64,000 bases of DNA. Origin: Nitrosopumilus sp. (lineage in GTDB: Archaea; Thermoproteota; Nitrososphaeria; Nitrososphaerales; Nitrosopumilaceae). A model generated the notes under the pieces. The model was given only the letters and a program-made list of their open reading frames with translations. It had not been told where the DNA came from and made no database searches. The stretch lies in contig CBDBCE010000004.1 in the NCBI GenBank assembly GCA_965203315.1, forward strand, positions 32,001-96,000, written 5' to 3'. The position numbers and the translations under genes were made by a program. Positions within the stretch are counted from its first letter, which is position 1. Each line of letters begins with the position of its first letter. This document shows positions 41,873 to 52,600 of the stretch, one piece after another.

Positions 41873-41933
41873 TGGTAATACCACATAGCCCTCCTAGCGT
41901 GACTAATTGTGCGCACAAGTTAGCCACTCGCTC
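41861..41933 (-). ncRNA. Candidate DUF3800-associated small RNA, convergent with the gene
   Basis: Two adjacent hairpins that fold with G.U pairs only on the minus strand; TATA-like TTTTTAAAT at 41963-41955 (minus). Confidence 0.62.
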
Positions 41934-42059
41934 ATATACTGATTATGTACGCTCATTTAAAAACTATTGGCTGTCAAATGTAGATCGTCTTAAACGAAGA
42001 TTGAGTAATACAAAAAGTCGTATGTTGTACAAAAAGTTGTTCACCTCTAGCCAAATGGC

Positions 42060-42245
42060 TAGGTCAAGCAGACAATTCGAGTTGCAGTGGAAATAAAGGT
42101 GTGTGGGTAAGAGGTGTTGAGACATATGGTTCACGCGTACAGACGCGAGATGCTACAATAGCGAATGCGATAGTAATATGTGCAATAATAGAGATACGGA
42201 AAACCAGTTGCAATACTTGTGGATCGTGGGATACGGTTCTGTTCA
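42060..42245 (+). pseudogene. Possible IS6-family transposase remnant
   Basis: Fragments across frames (TIRV..WV, RDATIA, RYGKPVAILVDRG) resemble IS6 motifs; heavily decayed. Confidence 0.35.
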
Positions 42246-42451
42246 ATTGATGGGGGGTTGAGATCGTGATGACGTTATCTCAAAGAACGCACAATATGAG
42301 ACTCAACAGCAGAATTTACGATAGCCAGTATGGGACCGTTTCCATATTTTGCAAAACTTTTCGAGAATTTTGTGCAGAAAATGCTACCTCTTGTCAAGTT
42401 GAAAGAACCTAAAAAACAGTTTAATATCAAAGGCTAGTATCTATTGTTATT

Positions 42452-42525
42452 GCAGTTATAGTATAGTTTGGTTAATATGCGAGCTTGCCAAGTTCGCGAC
42501 CCGGGTTCAAATCCCGGTAACTGCA
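42452..42525 (+). tRNA. tRNA-Gly(GCC)
   Basis: GCAGTTA/TAACTGC acceptor, CGAGC-TTGCCAA-GTTCG arm, CCGGGTTCAAATCCCGG T-arm. Confidence 0.94.
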
Positions 42526-42527
42526 TT

Positions 42528-42950
42528 CTATCTCTGTTCTAGCTCACGGCATATGATATCAAACGATCTTCTAATGTTATCGATTCGTGGCATCTGGATT
42601 GTAAATATATCCGATGTGTCGTGTTCGGAATTTGATGAGGCTATTCCAAGCATTCCAGACTTTGCAAAGGCGGCAAAAAAATCCAAATGCTGACTTGCAT
42701 CTATCAAAAACTCTTCGATAATATCAAACTCTGGAACAGTAAATTGTAGATCGACAAACACATGCCCTTCTTTATCATACATTACATTCATCTTGCCATC
42801 AACTTTGGTCATCTTGTGTTTGCATTGTGATACTATCTCATTCAATGTACTTGGATCTACAATTATGCATGGGATATCTATTCCATCTTGATCATGTATG
42901 GCAAGATCGTCATGTACGCGCTCACGCATTCTCTCTAGCTCATTTGACAT
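42528..42950 (-). CDS. Hypothetical protein
   Basis: 140-aa ORF overlapping the end of the antiporter gene. Confidence 0.7.
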   Translation of the reverse strand: MSNELERMRERVHDDLAIHDQDGIDIPCIIVDPSTLNEIVSQCKHKMTKVDGKMNVMYDKEGHVFVDLQFTVPEFDIIEEFLIDASQHLDFFAAFAKSGMLGIASSNSEHDTSDIFTIQMPRIDNIRRSFDIICRELEQR

Positions 42951-44277
42951 CTCTATTCTCCAATGCTGGAATGATCTTGCTACCAGCTTTCATCAAAAAC
43001 GGGGACAAAAATGCAGTAATTATACATATGACTCCAATCAATGGAAATAGAAACGCGCTCACTACTCCAATATCCACTCCAAGCTTTACTATTATGATTG
43101 AAAACTCTCCGCGTGGTGCAGCTAGTGCAAACGCAGGACGTAATGACTTTGACTTTTGTTGCCTAAATAGAATACCTCCTAGAATACTTCCACCAAACTT
43201 GACGCCGGTCGCGACAGCTATGAGTATGATGGCAATAACAATATAATTTTCTAGAAATGATATATCCATCAATGCCCCTGTTGATATGAAGAATATTGCA
43301 ACAAACATGTCCTTTATAGGACTAGATATCAGTTTGGCAACTTCTGCTGATTTGGACTCTGCTACTAGTACGCCTGCTAGAAATGCTCCTATGGCCACCG
43401 AGAGTCCTACAATATTTGAGAGAAACGCATATCCAAAACAGACTCCTAAAACACTGAGTAATAAAATCTCACGGTGCTCAGATGCTGCAGCTTTATCTAT
43501 CAATTTGGGAATAGTTTTAGTTCCAATCGTAAACGTTCCTGCGATAAGTCCAATTGCGACTAAAATTACAACAACGATAGACTCTATCGATACTGTCTCA
43601 ACTAGAGCTACAGATTGTAGTGACGACAACAAGATTACCGCTATGACGTCTTCAACTATGAGGATTCCTAGTATGAGAATAGAAGACTCGTGTTTGATTC
43701 TTCCCATCTCTTCTAACAACTTTACAATTATTGCTGTACTTGTTATGGACAGTGCTGCACCAATAAACAACGAATCCATAAATCCCATCCCAAGTGCACT
43801 TGCGACATAAAATACCGCTCCCAGTGTTGTAACGAGCCCAACGGTTCCTATTCCTACTGCGACACGACCAATGCTACGAATCTTTGCATACGGAAATTCT
43901 ATCCCGATCACAAATAATAACAATATTACACCAATCTCTGCAAAGAGATTTAGACTAGAGATATCAGATAGTATGCCAACTCCCAAACTATCTATCGCTG
44001 GATTGTCTGGTAAAATCCATGACCAAAAAGGTGAGAGAGGACCAATCAACATACCTGCAAATAGATATCCTATGATGAGTGGCTGTCGTATCTTAAAGAA
44101 TGCTAGTGTGACGACTGCGCCGATGATCATGATAAACGCAAGATCTGTAACAAAGCTGGTGTGTCGAAGTTCGGGTGTTATCTGATCTATGATGGTATTT
44201 ACTGTATTGTTTAATGAACTCTGAATTCCATCCGAACTAAGTTGCAACGATAAATCTTGCATACTTTGATTTGTCAA
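42940..44277 (-). CDS. Cation:proton antiporter (CPA2, KefB-like)
   Basis: AEIGVILLLFVIGIE, SITSTAI, LIVED, GAFLAG and PRGEFS motifs. Confidence 0.92.
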   Translation of the reverse strand: MTNQSMQDLSLQLSSDGIQSSLNNTVNTIIDQITPELRHTSFVTDLAFIMIIGAVVTLAFFKIRQPLIIGYLFAGMLIGPLSPFWSWILPDNPAIDSLGVGILSDISSLNLFAEIGVILLLFVIGIEFPYAKIRSIGRVAVGIGTVGLVTTLGAVFYVASALGMGFMDSLFIGAALSITSTAIIVKLLEEMGRIKHESSILILGILIVEDVIAVILLSSLQSVALVETVSIESIVVVILVAIGLIAGTFTIGTKTIPKLIDKAAASEHREILLLSVLGVCFGYAFLSNIVGLSVAIGAFLAGVLVAESKSAEVAKLISSPIKDMFVAIFFISTGALMDISFLENYIVIAIILIAVATGVKFGGSILGGILFRQQKSKSLRPAFALAAPRGEFSIIIVKLGVDIGVVSAFLFPLIGVICIITAFLSPFLMKAGSKIIPALENRDVK

Positions 44278-44622
44278 CTCAACTTAAAACAATTACTAGT
44301 AGTGATCTAATGACTAGCCTATTATTGACATCTTGTACATGAATTACTGCAGAGTGATGAATAGGTCTACTGAATATGCTATGTGGATATATGACCTGGG
44401 GTATCTGACTGCATTTTTGAATTATTTCACAATAACCTACAACTTAATAGTACGGTAATATACTGTAGTATATGATCAAATGTGGCTACTGTAACAAGAG
44501 GTTTGTCAAGACAACAAATCTCTTGATCGAGAAGACGATCCATGAATTACTACATGGTGCTAAAGTCGTAAACAAATGATCTCAACCTAACTTTTTTATC
44601 ATCAGGTATATCATATACTTGT

Positions 44623-46047
44623 ATGGTAGCCAAGAGCACAAAGACCAAATCTACCAAACCCAATACAAGATCTAAATCTACTACCAAATCTGCTAAAACA
44701 ACTAGTACGAAACGTGAGCCAACTCCTGCTGCTATATTAAAAAAAGTAGCTACAATATCTGACTCGAACAAAACTCTTCAAAAAGAGATCAAGTCTATGA
44801 CAAAGATCTTTGGTGAGAATCAAAAAGTTCTAGTCGCAATGAAAGGAATGATCGATACCCTCGTATCAACCCTTGAAGAGATCCAAAAACAGTCAAGGCA
44901 GATCAATAATATCGAGATTGACACACAAAAGATGTATTCTGATTTAAACCAAGTTAGAGCTCAATCCAATATCATCGCCAAACTCAACACCCAGACTGCA
45001 AAACTACAAAATGACTTACAAAAGATAACCGAGGAACAGCGAGCTATCAAATCATCCAAACTAGTATCACGAGTAGAAGAGAGTACAAACTCGATTAAAA
45101 ATAACTCTCAAATGATAATCAAGGTTGGACAGTACGTCGATGAGATTAGAGACAACTTGCGCACTGTAACTAAAAAGACAGATCAAGTTCTTGAAACAAA
45201 ATCTGATCTAGACAATCTTCGCTCCTCAATAAACGAGATTGCATCAAAGACATCAAAGATGGATGCTACTAGTCAAGTGGTTGAGAGCTTGCGACAAGAG
45301 CTGGGAGATATTGCATCAAAGATAACTGCACATGACAATCTTGTATCTGATCTAACTGCTATCAAAGTGATGATAGATTCGCTAGCGTCGAAAGCATCAA
45401 AGATCGATTCGGTTGGTCTTGTAATGGACTCATTAAAGCAAGAGTTTGCTACGATATCATCTGATGCCATCTCTGCCAAGAACCAAAACTCTAACGCAAT
45501 AGACGAGCTAGGCAGCAAGATAGACAAGATCGAATCCGACATAAGTACAGTATCTAGCACACTCAAAAAACAAGACGAGTCAGTCACAGAATTTCACAAT
45601 ATCTCAAACCAACTAAAAGAGGATATCAAAATATTACATAACGTAACATCAAAGTCATCCGACACCTCTTCAAAGGAGATGATGGCGCTCCTACGACTAG
45701 CCGAGTATCAATCATCGATGCGGATGAATGGAGAATCAAAGTATGGTAATACATCTGATCTTGAAAATATGGCAAAACAGACAGTTGCGATAGCAACTCT
45801 CTTCGACAAGGTATCTGAAGAGTCTAATCAACAATTACCACTTCCAGATGAGGTACAACGGTGGGCAGTATCGAAGATTCTAGATTGTGCTGACAAATGG
45901 GATGTTCGATTTAGTGATGTGTATAATATACTTGCAAACACACTCGGACGTGACATGTTAAAAGATGTAATACGAATATCTCAAGTTCGAGACATCTATG
46001 GAATTCGTGCACTAGATGAGCTAAGGCAAGACCTAAACATGCCCTAG
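44623..46047 (+). CDS. Long coiled-coil protein with K/T/S-rich N-tail
   Basis: Heptad-rich 474-aa ORF; function unknown. Confidence 0.75.
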   Translation: MVAKSTKTKSTKPNTRSKSTTKSAKTTSTKREPTPAAILKKVATISDSNKTLQKEIKSMTKIFGENQKVLVAMKGMIDTLVSTLEEIQKQSRQINNIEIDTQKMYSDLNQVRAQSNIIAKLNTQTAKLQNDLQKITEEQRAIKSSKLVSRVEESTNSIKNNSQMIIKVGQYVDEIRDNLRTVTKKTDQVLETKSDLDNLRSSINEIASKTSKMDATSQVVESLRQELGDIASKITAHDNLVSDLTAIKVMIDSLASKASKIDSVGLVMDSLKQEFATISSDAISAKNQNSNAIDELGSKIDKIESDISTVSSTLKKQDESVTEFHNISNQLKEDIKILHNVTSKSSDTSSKEMMALLRLAEYQSSMRMNGESKYGNTSDLENMAKQTVAIATLFDKVSEESNQQLPLPDEVQRWAVSKILDCADKWDVRFSDVYNILANTLGRDMLKDVIRISQVRDIYGIRALDELRQDLNMP

Positions 46048-48101
46048 TGTTCTTGCTGAAATTGTTCGCGTTTCTTCTTTAACGCAACAAATATGCCAAT
46101 TATCCCAACCAACCAGATCGTTCCAAATATCATATTTGCAATACTGATATACATGTAAGGAGTTGCATCTAGTATATTCTCGCGAATCAGTATCGCTCTA
46201 GAACTGATATCTAACATTCCAGTATGAAAGTCTGAACTCTCTTCTCCAACATTTGATATTCTAGCAACGCTGACAACCATAGTCTCTATATCTTTCTGTA
46301 TGCGAACAAAGTTGGTTGACTCTGTAGAAAAGATCCAGACCGGATTCTGAGACAGTTGACCTTCAGAGTTGGTCGTTTGTGGAAGTTTCTCCAAAACAAT
46401 GTCCATATCTTTTTGGATCGCGGCTAGATGCATGCTAATCGCAACTGGATCAGACGATGCGACTATTCCGTCTAAATGTCCACGTATTCTGTCTAGTGGA
46501 TAGATATCGGCATTGTACCCAGATATGACCATGTATACACCAAATATGATGATTCCGATTATTCCGATCATCGCAAGTTTGTAGATATTGTTTGCCATCT
46601 TTTCCTTCTTGGTCATTACTGTTTTTGTACTTGATTTATTTCTTTTAAATCGAGTATGACTAAAACTCATCAATGCAATATACAAAAATCCCACAGTCTG
46701 TAGTCCTATTATTGGTACAAAGACAGGATTTCTTGTGACGATCGCGATAAATATTCCAACTATGCCATAGATTCCAAAAAAGATCTCTAAAAGTGTCACT
46801 TGGGTAAAAGGTAGATTATACGCGTTTTCTTTCCAGTCGTTCTTTGTCCTTAGTATGCCGTATTTGGGTGTGCGAAGAAACTCATTTCTCTTTCCTAATA
46901 CGGCATCAAATACCGCAACTGTGTTGTTTACAGATAGACCAGCATTGTATATCAGTAGAGCTGGTAGTATCTTTATTCTAGACTTCCATGACTTTTGATA
47001 CATCTGTTGTATGATCATGATGTATGCGCCGGGTCCCATAGCAAGATATATGCAGACTGTAAGTGCCGGTATGAAACTTAATAGATATACGTTTATGTCT
47101 CCTGCAAGTAGAATCGGTAGCGCCAAGAATTGAATTAACATTAATGGATACACAACATGGCGTGTAGTTTGAACAAATGCCTGTATCTTTGTATCTACCG
47201 CAAGATTACGTTTTACGATGATATCTGAGAGTAGCTTTATTGCACATTGGATAGATCCCTTTGCCCATCGAAACTGTTGCCTCTTTGCTGCATTGATCTG
47301 AACTGGCAACTCTGCATCTACTACAATATCTGGTACAAATACACACTGCCAACCTCTCATCTGCGCTCGATAACTTAGATCTAGATCTTCAACTAGAGTT
47401 GCTGTGTGCCAACCGCCCGAGTCTTCGATACAGTCACGTCTCCATACACCTGCTGTTCCATTAAAGTTCATAAATAGATGCGAATTGCTCTTTGCTTTCT
47501 GTTCTATTAGAAAATGAAAGTCTAGGCTTAGTGCTTGTGCTTGTGTTATTGCGGAATAGTTTTCGTTTACATGGCCCCATCTGCATTGAACTAGACCAAT
47601 CTTTGGTTTTGCAAAGTATGGTATAGATCGTTTTAGGAACCATCTTGGTGGAATAAAGTCTGCGTCAAAGATTGCGACAAGTTCCGTATCTGTTGTCTGC
47701 ATTGCATACTTTAATGCACCTGCCTTGTATCCTGTTCTGGTCCCGCGTCTAATATGTTCTATGTTGAATCCTTGTTGCTTGTAGTCTGTTACTGCATCAG
47801 ATAAGATTTGGACTGTCTCGTCGTCAGAGTCGTCTAGTACCATTATCATCATCTTCTCTTTAGGATAGTCTAAATTACATACGGCATCAACTAGTCTCTT
47901 TGCTACGTATTTTTCATTGTATACTGGTAGCTGTATTGTAATTGATGGATCGCCTAACTCTGTGGTACTGAGTTTGACCATTCGTTTCCCTGATAGATAT
48001 GCAAGATAGTAAAAGTTGCACGTATATGCGGTTATGATTATAGCTGAGAATAGAAAGAGACTAAGAACAAACTGCATCAAAGGACTAACTACTGGCTCCA
48101 C
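46044..48101 (-). CDS. GT2 glycosyltransferase, cellulose-synthase-like
   Basis: QLPVYNE, GYKAGAL, FDADF, VEDLDL and QQFRW (D,D,D,QxxRW) with TM helices. Confidence 0.93.
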   Translation of the reverse strand: MEPVVSPLMQFVLSLFLFSAIIITAYTCNFYYLAYLSGKRMVKLSTTELGDPSITIQLPVYNEKYVAKRLVDAVCNLDYPKEKMMIMVLDDSDDETVQILSDAVTDYKQQGFNIEHIRRGTRTGYKAGALKYAMQTTDTELVAIFDADFIPPRWFLKRSIPYFAKPKIGLVQCRWGHVNENYSAITQAQALSLDFHFLIEQKAKSNSHLFMNFNGTAGVWRRDCIEDSGGWHTATLVEDLDLSYRAQMRGWQCVFVPDIVVDAELPVQINAAKRQQFRWAKGSIQCAIKLLSDIIVKRNLAVDTKIQAFVQTTRHVVYPLMLIQFLALPILLAGDINVYLLSFIPALTVCIYLAMGPGAYIMIIQQMYQKSWKSRIKILPALLIYNAGLSVNNTVAVFDAVLGKRNEFLRTPKYGILRTKNDWKENAYNLPFTQVTLLEIFFGIYGIVGIFIAIVTRNPVFVPIIGLQTVGFLYIALMSFSHTRFKRNKSSTKTVMTKKEKMANNIYKLAMIGIIGIIIFGVYMVISGYNADIYPLDRIRGHLDGIVASSDPVAISMHLAAIQKDMDIVLEKLPQTTNSEGQLSQNPVWIFSTESTNFVRIQKDIETMVVSVARISNVGEESSDFHTGMLDISSRAILIRENILDATPYMYISIANMIFGTIWLVGIIGIFVALKKKREQFQQEH

Positions 48102-48141
48102 GTTCTCTTGACACTATTCTTTGCTATTTATATTTGAAATA

Positions 48142-49089
48142 CTATTTTTGCTCAAATATCTTAATTGCTTGAGGTGGACATACTCCTTCACACGCAAGAC
48201 AAAAGATACAGTCAGGTTCTTTAGACATTAGTGGTTTCTTTTCTGATGCAGGATTACCTGGCGTATCAAACCATTCGTATACGCTTACTGGACATGCTTC
48301 TATACAACCTCCATCTGCCACACAAATATCATAATCTACCGAGACAAACTCTCCCCAGACTCCCATTATTCCGTTGTTGGTTCCCTTTCGTCCCCACGTC
48401 TTGATAGTGTGTTCTGGAGCTTCGTATGATGCAGACGGTTTCATCTTTGACTTGTAATCTACATCTATTGGACCTGGCTTTGCACCATCTGGAATCTCAA
48501 TCTCTCCTTCGTCTTCCTCGATATCTTCTTCACTGGCCTCTATCGGTTTTGGCTTTGCACCGAGAACAATCTTTGCTAGTGGTGTAAGCTCTTCAAGCCT
48601 CTGAATTGCTGCAACCTCTGATATCTTTTCTGCCTTTACTAAATACGAGATCATCTTGTCGGCAAGTATCGTATTTCTCAAGATAGTGTCGATTACCATC
48701 TTTGCAAAGTGATCGGCTTTTTTCCGATAGTCTTTGACCCAGTTGGGATCTCCAAACTTTTCTATTGGAAATATTTGATATATTATGTCAACCACTTCGC
48801 CTGTAACGATCTCAACCGTAACGGAGAGCTCGACTTTTTCATATCCTTTCTCATAAGGATCATCTGTCTTTTGTTCTGTCCAACGATATGTGGCAAAAAT
48901 TCGATCTGCATACATATCCATCTCAAATGTCTTTTTTAGACCATCATGAACTGATCTAAGTTCGTTTGGTTCATCAAGCTTTACCGGCAGTCTGTATAGT
49001 CCGAGCTTGAATCCATGTAATGGATATACGCCACGTTTTGCTGTCGGTGCCTCCATAGACCAGACTCGATCTTTGAGTAATAATGACAT
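48142..49089 (-). CDS. Protein with C-terminal 4Fe-4S dicluster ferredoxin domain
   Basis: CVADGGCIEACP and CIFCLACEGVCP, similar to archaeal Zn-ferredoxin cores. Confidence 0.88.
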   Translation of the reverse strand: MSLLLKDRVWSMEAPTAKRGVYPLHGFKLGLYRLPVKLDEPNELRSVHDGLKKTFEMDMYADRIFATYRWTEQKTDDPYEKGYEKVELSVTVEIVTGEVVDIIYQIFPIEKFGDPNWVKDYRKKADHFAKMVIDTILRNTILADKMISYLVKAEKISEVAAIQRLEELTPLAKIVLGAKPKPIEASEEDIEEDEGEIEIPDGAKPGPIDVDYKSKMKPSASYEAPEHTIKTWGRKGTNNGIMGVWGEFVSVDYDICVADGGCIEACPVSVYEWFDTPGNPASEKKPLMSKEPDCIFCLACEGVCPPQAIKIFEQK

Positions 49090-49132
49090 CTACATCTTAC
49101 TTTGCCAGTTTTATTTAAAAAGGTTTCAGATT

Positions 49133-49246
49133 GGTTCTCTTCGATTTATGTGGGATGCATTTTACAAGACTTTTCCTAAATCTTCCATACAGAATTTTGC
49201 GTGCTTTTTCTGTGAAAATTCTATTCCGCATAAATCGAAGAGATCC
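49133..49246. mobile_element. 114-bp MITE copy with 8-bp target duplication
   Basis: GGTTCTCTTCGATTTATGTGGGAT / ATTCCGCATAAATCGAAGAGATCC; TTCAGATT at 49125-49132 and 49247-49254. Confidence 0.88.
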
Positions 49247-49339
49247 TTCAGATTATCTCTCTATTGCGGGAATTGATGATCTTTTATCTGTGTGATTCAA
49301 TCGACATCATGCTTTGATGATCTAAACGTGTTTGATATA

Positions 49340-49536
49340 GGCGATTAGTTATCAATTGCCCCCAAATGACCCTTGAACTACGTACGAATTTAATGTCCGA
49401 AATCCGTCAAAAAATGAAGAGATGCGTCAGTAACTGATTGAAAGTCAATCGATTCTATCTCAACATGTTCGAATTTCGTATCTGTTTTACCGTGTTATCG
49501 ATCAGCAGGTTTGGGGGCTTGATATCCCACATCGCC
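49340..49536. mobile_element. 197-bp IS1595-type miniature element
   Basis: Imperfect 27-bp TIRs GGCGAT...GCCCCCAAA resembling those of 13323-13940; no clear target duplication. Confidence 0.5.
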
Positions 49537-49615
49537 TTTTTTTTATGTACATGTCGTGTCGACTCGATATCGTACTTGCGAGTACTTGCCACAAGTTGAA
49601 TAGCATACAAGATAC

Positions 49616-49648
49616 TTTTATAAGATACGGGGGGGGGGGGGATAATTA
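49616..49648 (+). promoter_or_regulatory. TATA box followed by G13 homopolymer before the TTG start
   Basis: TTTTATAA 49616-49623, G13 at 49629-49641, start codon at 49649. Confidence 0.65.
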
Positions 49649-52600
49649 TTGAGTAAACGTCGTCTAATGCCTATTCTAGCTTTGATAACAGTTGTACCGT
49701 TTCTGGTGGTTGATCTAGACGATGCGTTTGGGGCGGTTATACCTCCACTTGATTATCCTGCCATATCGAGTTTAGGTCATCCAGGAGGTTTACGTTCTGA
49801 TATTCACTCTAGCGGAATCCCACTTGTCAAACATAGCAACAATAGCGCAACTATTAATCTTGACACATCTTATGATCACTATAGAATTGACCCTGTCTAT
49901 CAACCTGAAGGAGATATTACAATAGACAAGGTCACAATGATACTACCAAACCCTAAATTGACATCAATTGGCTGTACAGTCAAGTTTGGAGTAAACAACG
50001 TTGGTGCCAATCCATCTAATGCAATTCACGAGTATGCTAAACTACCTACTAATGTCGATGGTAGCATCTATACCAATTTAGCTGAAAGCGATGTTAAAGT
50101 AATCGGTGTAGACTTTAAAGACTATTCCTCTGGCTGCGACGTCTCTACTCTTACCACTGCAAACTCTACAAATGAACCACTACTCACAGACAAATCTATG
50201 AGAGTTACCATTTATGGTCAGGCTGGCAAAAAGGCGTTCTTTTCCTCACACTTTGAAAATATCACCAAGGCTCAACTGATCCCAGAGTGTACTAGTGCAA
50301 ACTTTGACAACAGTACCAAACAACTCAAAGGACAAACTCGTATGTGTTCTGGTACGTATAACAATGATCTAGTCATAATAACAACGCAAATAGGAGAGTA
50401 TGGTGCTACTAGTACAATTCTTCCGCCCGATACACTGCCTATAATACCGCCTAGCAGTTTCCCTACCACAGTTACTACATCTCGTATACCGTTGTCAAGT
50501 GCAGCTAGCAGCGACAATGCAACAATTGGCAGTACCAATAACACTCGATATCAGATAGATGGTACTCTTACTCAAGCACAGGTCAAGGCCGGTGATATCT
50601 ATATGCAAGGTACAACAACGATACTCTCAAATCCATTCTTTACCGGAAAGAGTTACTCTTGTAATTTCGAGGCACTCTCGATCCATGCTCAAGGTGCGTG
50701 GCGAGGAGGTAATTTTGATTACCCTGCTAATATACAACCAAAAGGTAACGCAAACAATCCTGCATCGCTGTCATTTAATGGACTTGGTAATTGTGCATTT
50801 TGGTCTCCTACACACTCGATGATAACAGACAAAGAGATGCGAATCACCATATACGACAAGTCAGGCAGTAAAGCATGGTATCTATCCCCTAGTCAGAACA
50901 TAACACAAGCGCAACCAATTCCTGCATGTACAACCGAGACACTTGACACAAGCGACAATACTCTCAAAGGCAACACAAAGATGTGTTATGGTGTGTATAG
51001 TGATCATTTGATAATTGTTACAAAGAGATTCATTGGAGCTTATGGATCTGCTACTACGATCACACCACCACAGAATCCCGTAGATCTTGATCTAGTATAC
51101 CCAATCCCTCCAGGTACACTGTCCATACCACCACCTAGTGGTTTTCCTACTTCCCTTACTAGTAGTGATGCTCCATACATGTCAGCTCAACTAGCTAGCG
51201 ACAATGGAACAATTGGTGCTACCAGCCCCAAACGATATCAGATAGATGGTAATCAAAACGTACCGGTCAGGGCAGGCGATATCTACATACAGGGTACCAC
51301 AACGATACTCTCAAATCCATTCTTTGTAGGAAAGGGTTACACATGTCCTTTTAATATATTCTCACTCCATACTGAACGCACTTTTCACGGAGGTGGTTTT
51401 GCTTATCCGACCAATGTACAACCGACAGGTAATGCAACCAATCCTGCATCACTGACATTTCATGGAGACTCTACTTGTGCAAACTGGTCTCCAACACATC
51501 CAATGATCACAGACAAAGAGATGCGAATCACTCTAGACAATAAAACAGGCAGTAAAGCTTGGTATGCGTCACCTCGTCAAAACATAACAGAAGCGCAACC
51601 AATTCCTGCATGTACTACCGATACAATAAATGTCAGTACCGGTAAACTCAAGGGCAACACAAAGATGTGTTATGGTGTATACGAAGGTGAACTGATCATC
51701 ATAACCAAGAGATTCTTGGGATACTATGGATCTGCTGATACAATCACGACACCACAGAATCCAGTTGACCTCGATTCCGACAGACCTACGCTTGCACCCA
51801 CAACACCAGATCCAGGCAGTTCAGGCACATTAACAATACCACCACTAACCAATTCGAGCAGTTCTTCTGCAATGAATTTTGATTCAGACACAGAACACGA
51901 TGGTTCGATATACTATGATGGCGACTCTAAAAGATACACAGACGAAAGTGGCAACGATGCTACCGCTGATCTCTATGTGGCACGAGGTACTGAGACACTC
52001 CCACGCGCTCTATTTGAAGGCACTGGTGATTATCAGTGTACTGGAAATTTTGAACGTGTTGAATTCCTCGGCAAAAAGCGTGTTCCAGGCTTTGCCATAC
52101 CAGATAATGTAACTCCTGATAAAAAGAAGCAACTAGCTGCATATGGACTAGACTTTTACAACAATACAGTATCATCAACAACATCATGCAGACCAAATCC
52201 TGAAGCCGTCTCTGATCAAACACTGATAACCGACACTGCACTGCGAATCACCATATACGGCAAGGCAGACAAAAAGCCTATCTACTTTTCACCACGTGAC
52301 GGAATACTCAAAGCTCAACCAATACCTGCATGTACAACTGACATGATCGACACAAGTAACAACAATGCTCTCAAAGGCGGCAATACTGTATGTTATGGCG
52401 TACACGGTAATGACATGGTAATCATAACAAAACGACTGACTGGGTTTTATGGTGCTGCAGACAGCGTTACAACACCCGCAAATCCTATAGACCTCAATCC
52501 AGCTACAGTCATTAATATCGATCCAAAGATATTGTCTATACCATCGGTAACCGAAACGAAACGTTATAGTCAAGCGACTTTTCAGTCAAATTCAGCTAAT

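Noticed and set aside
40474-42525. Integrated provirus at tRNA-Trp/tRNA-Gly
   Set aside because: No integrase or att duplication, and the patch lies at the 5' sides of both tRNAs.
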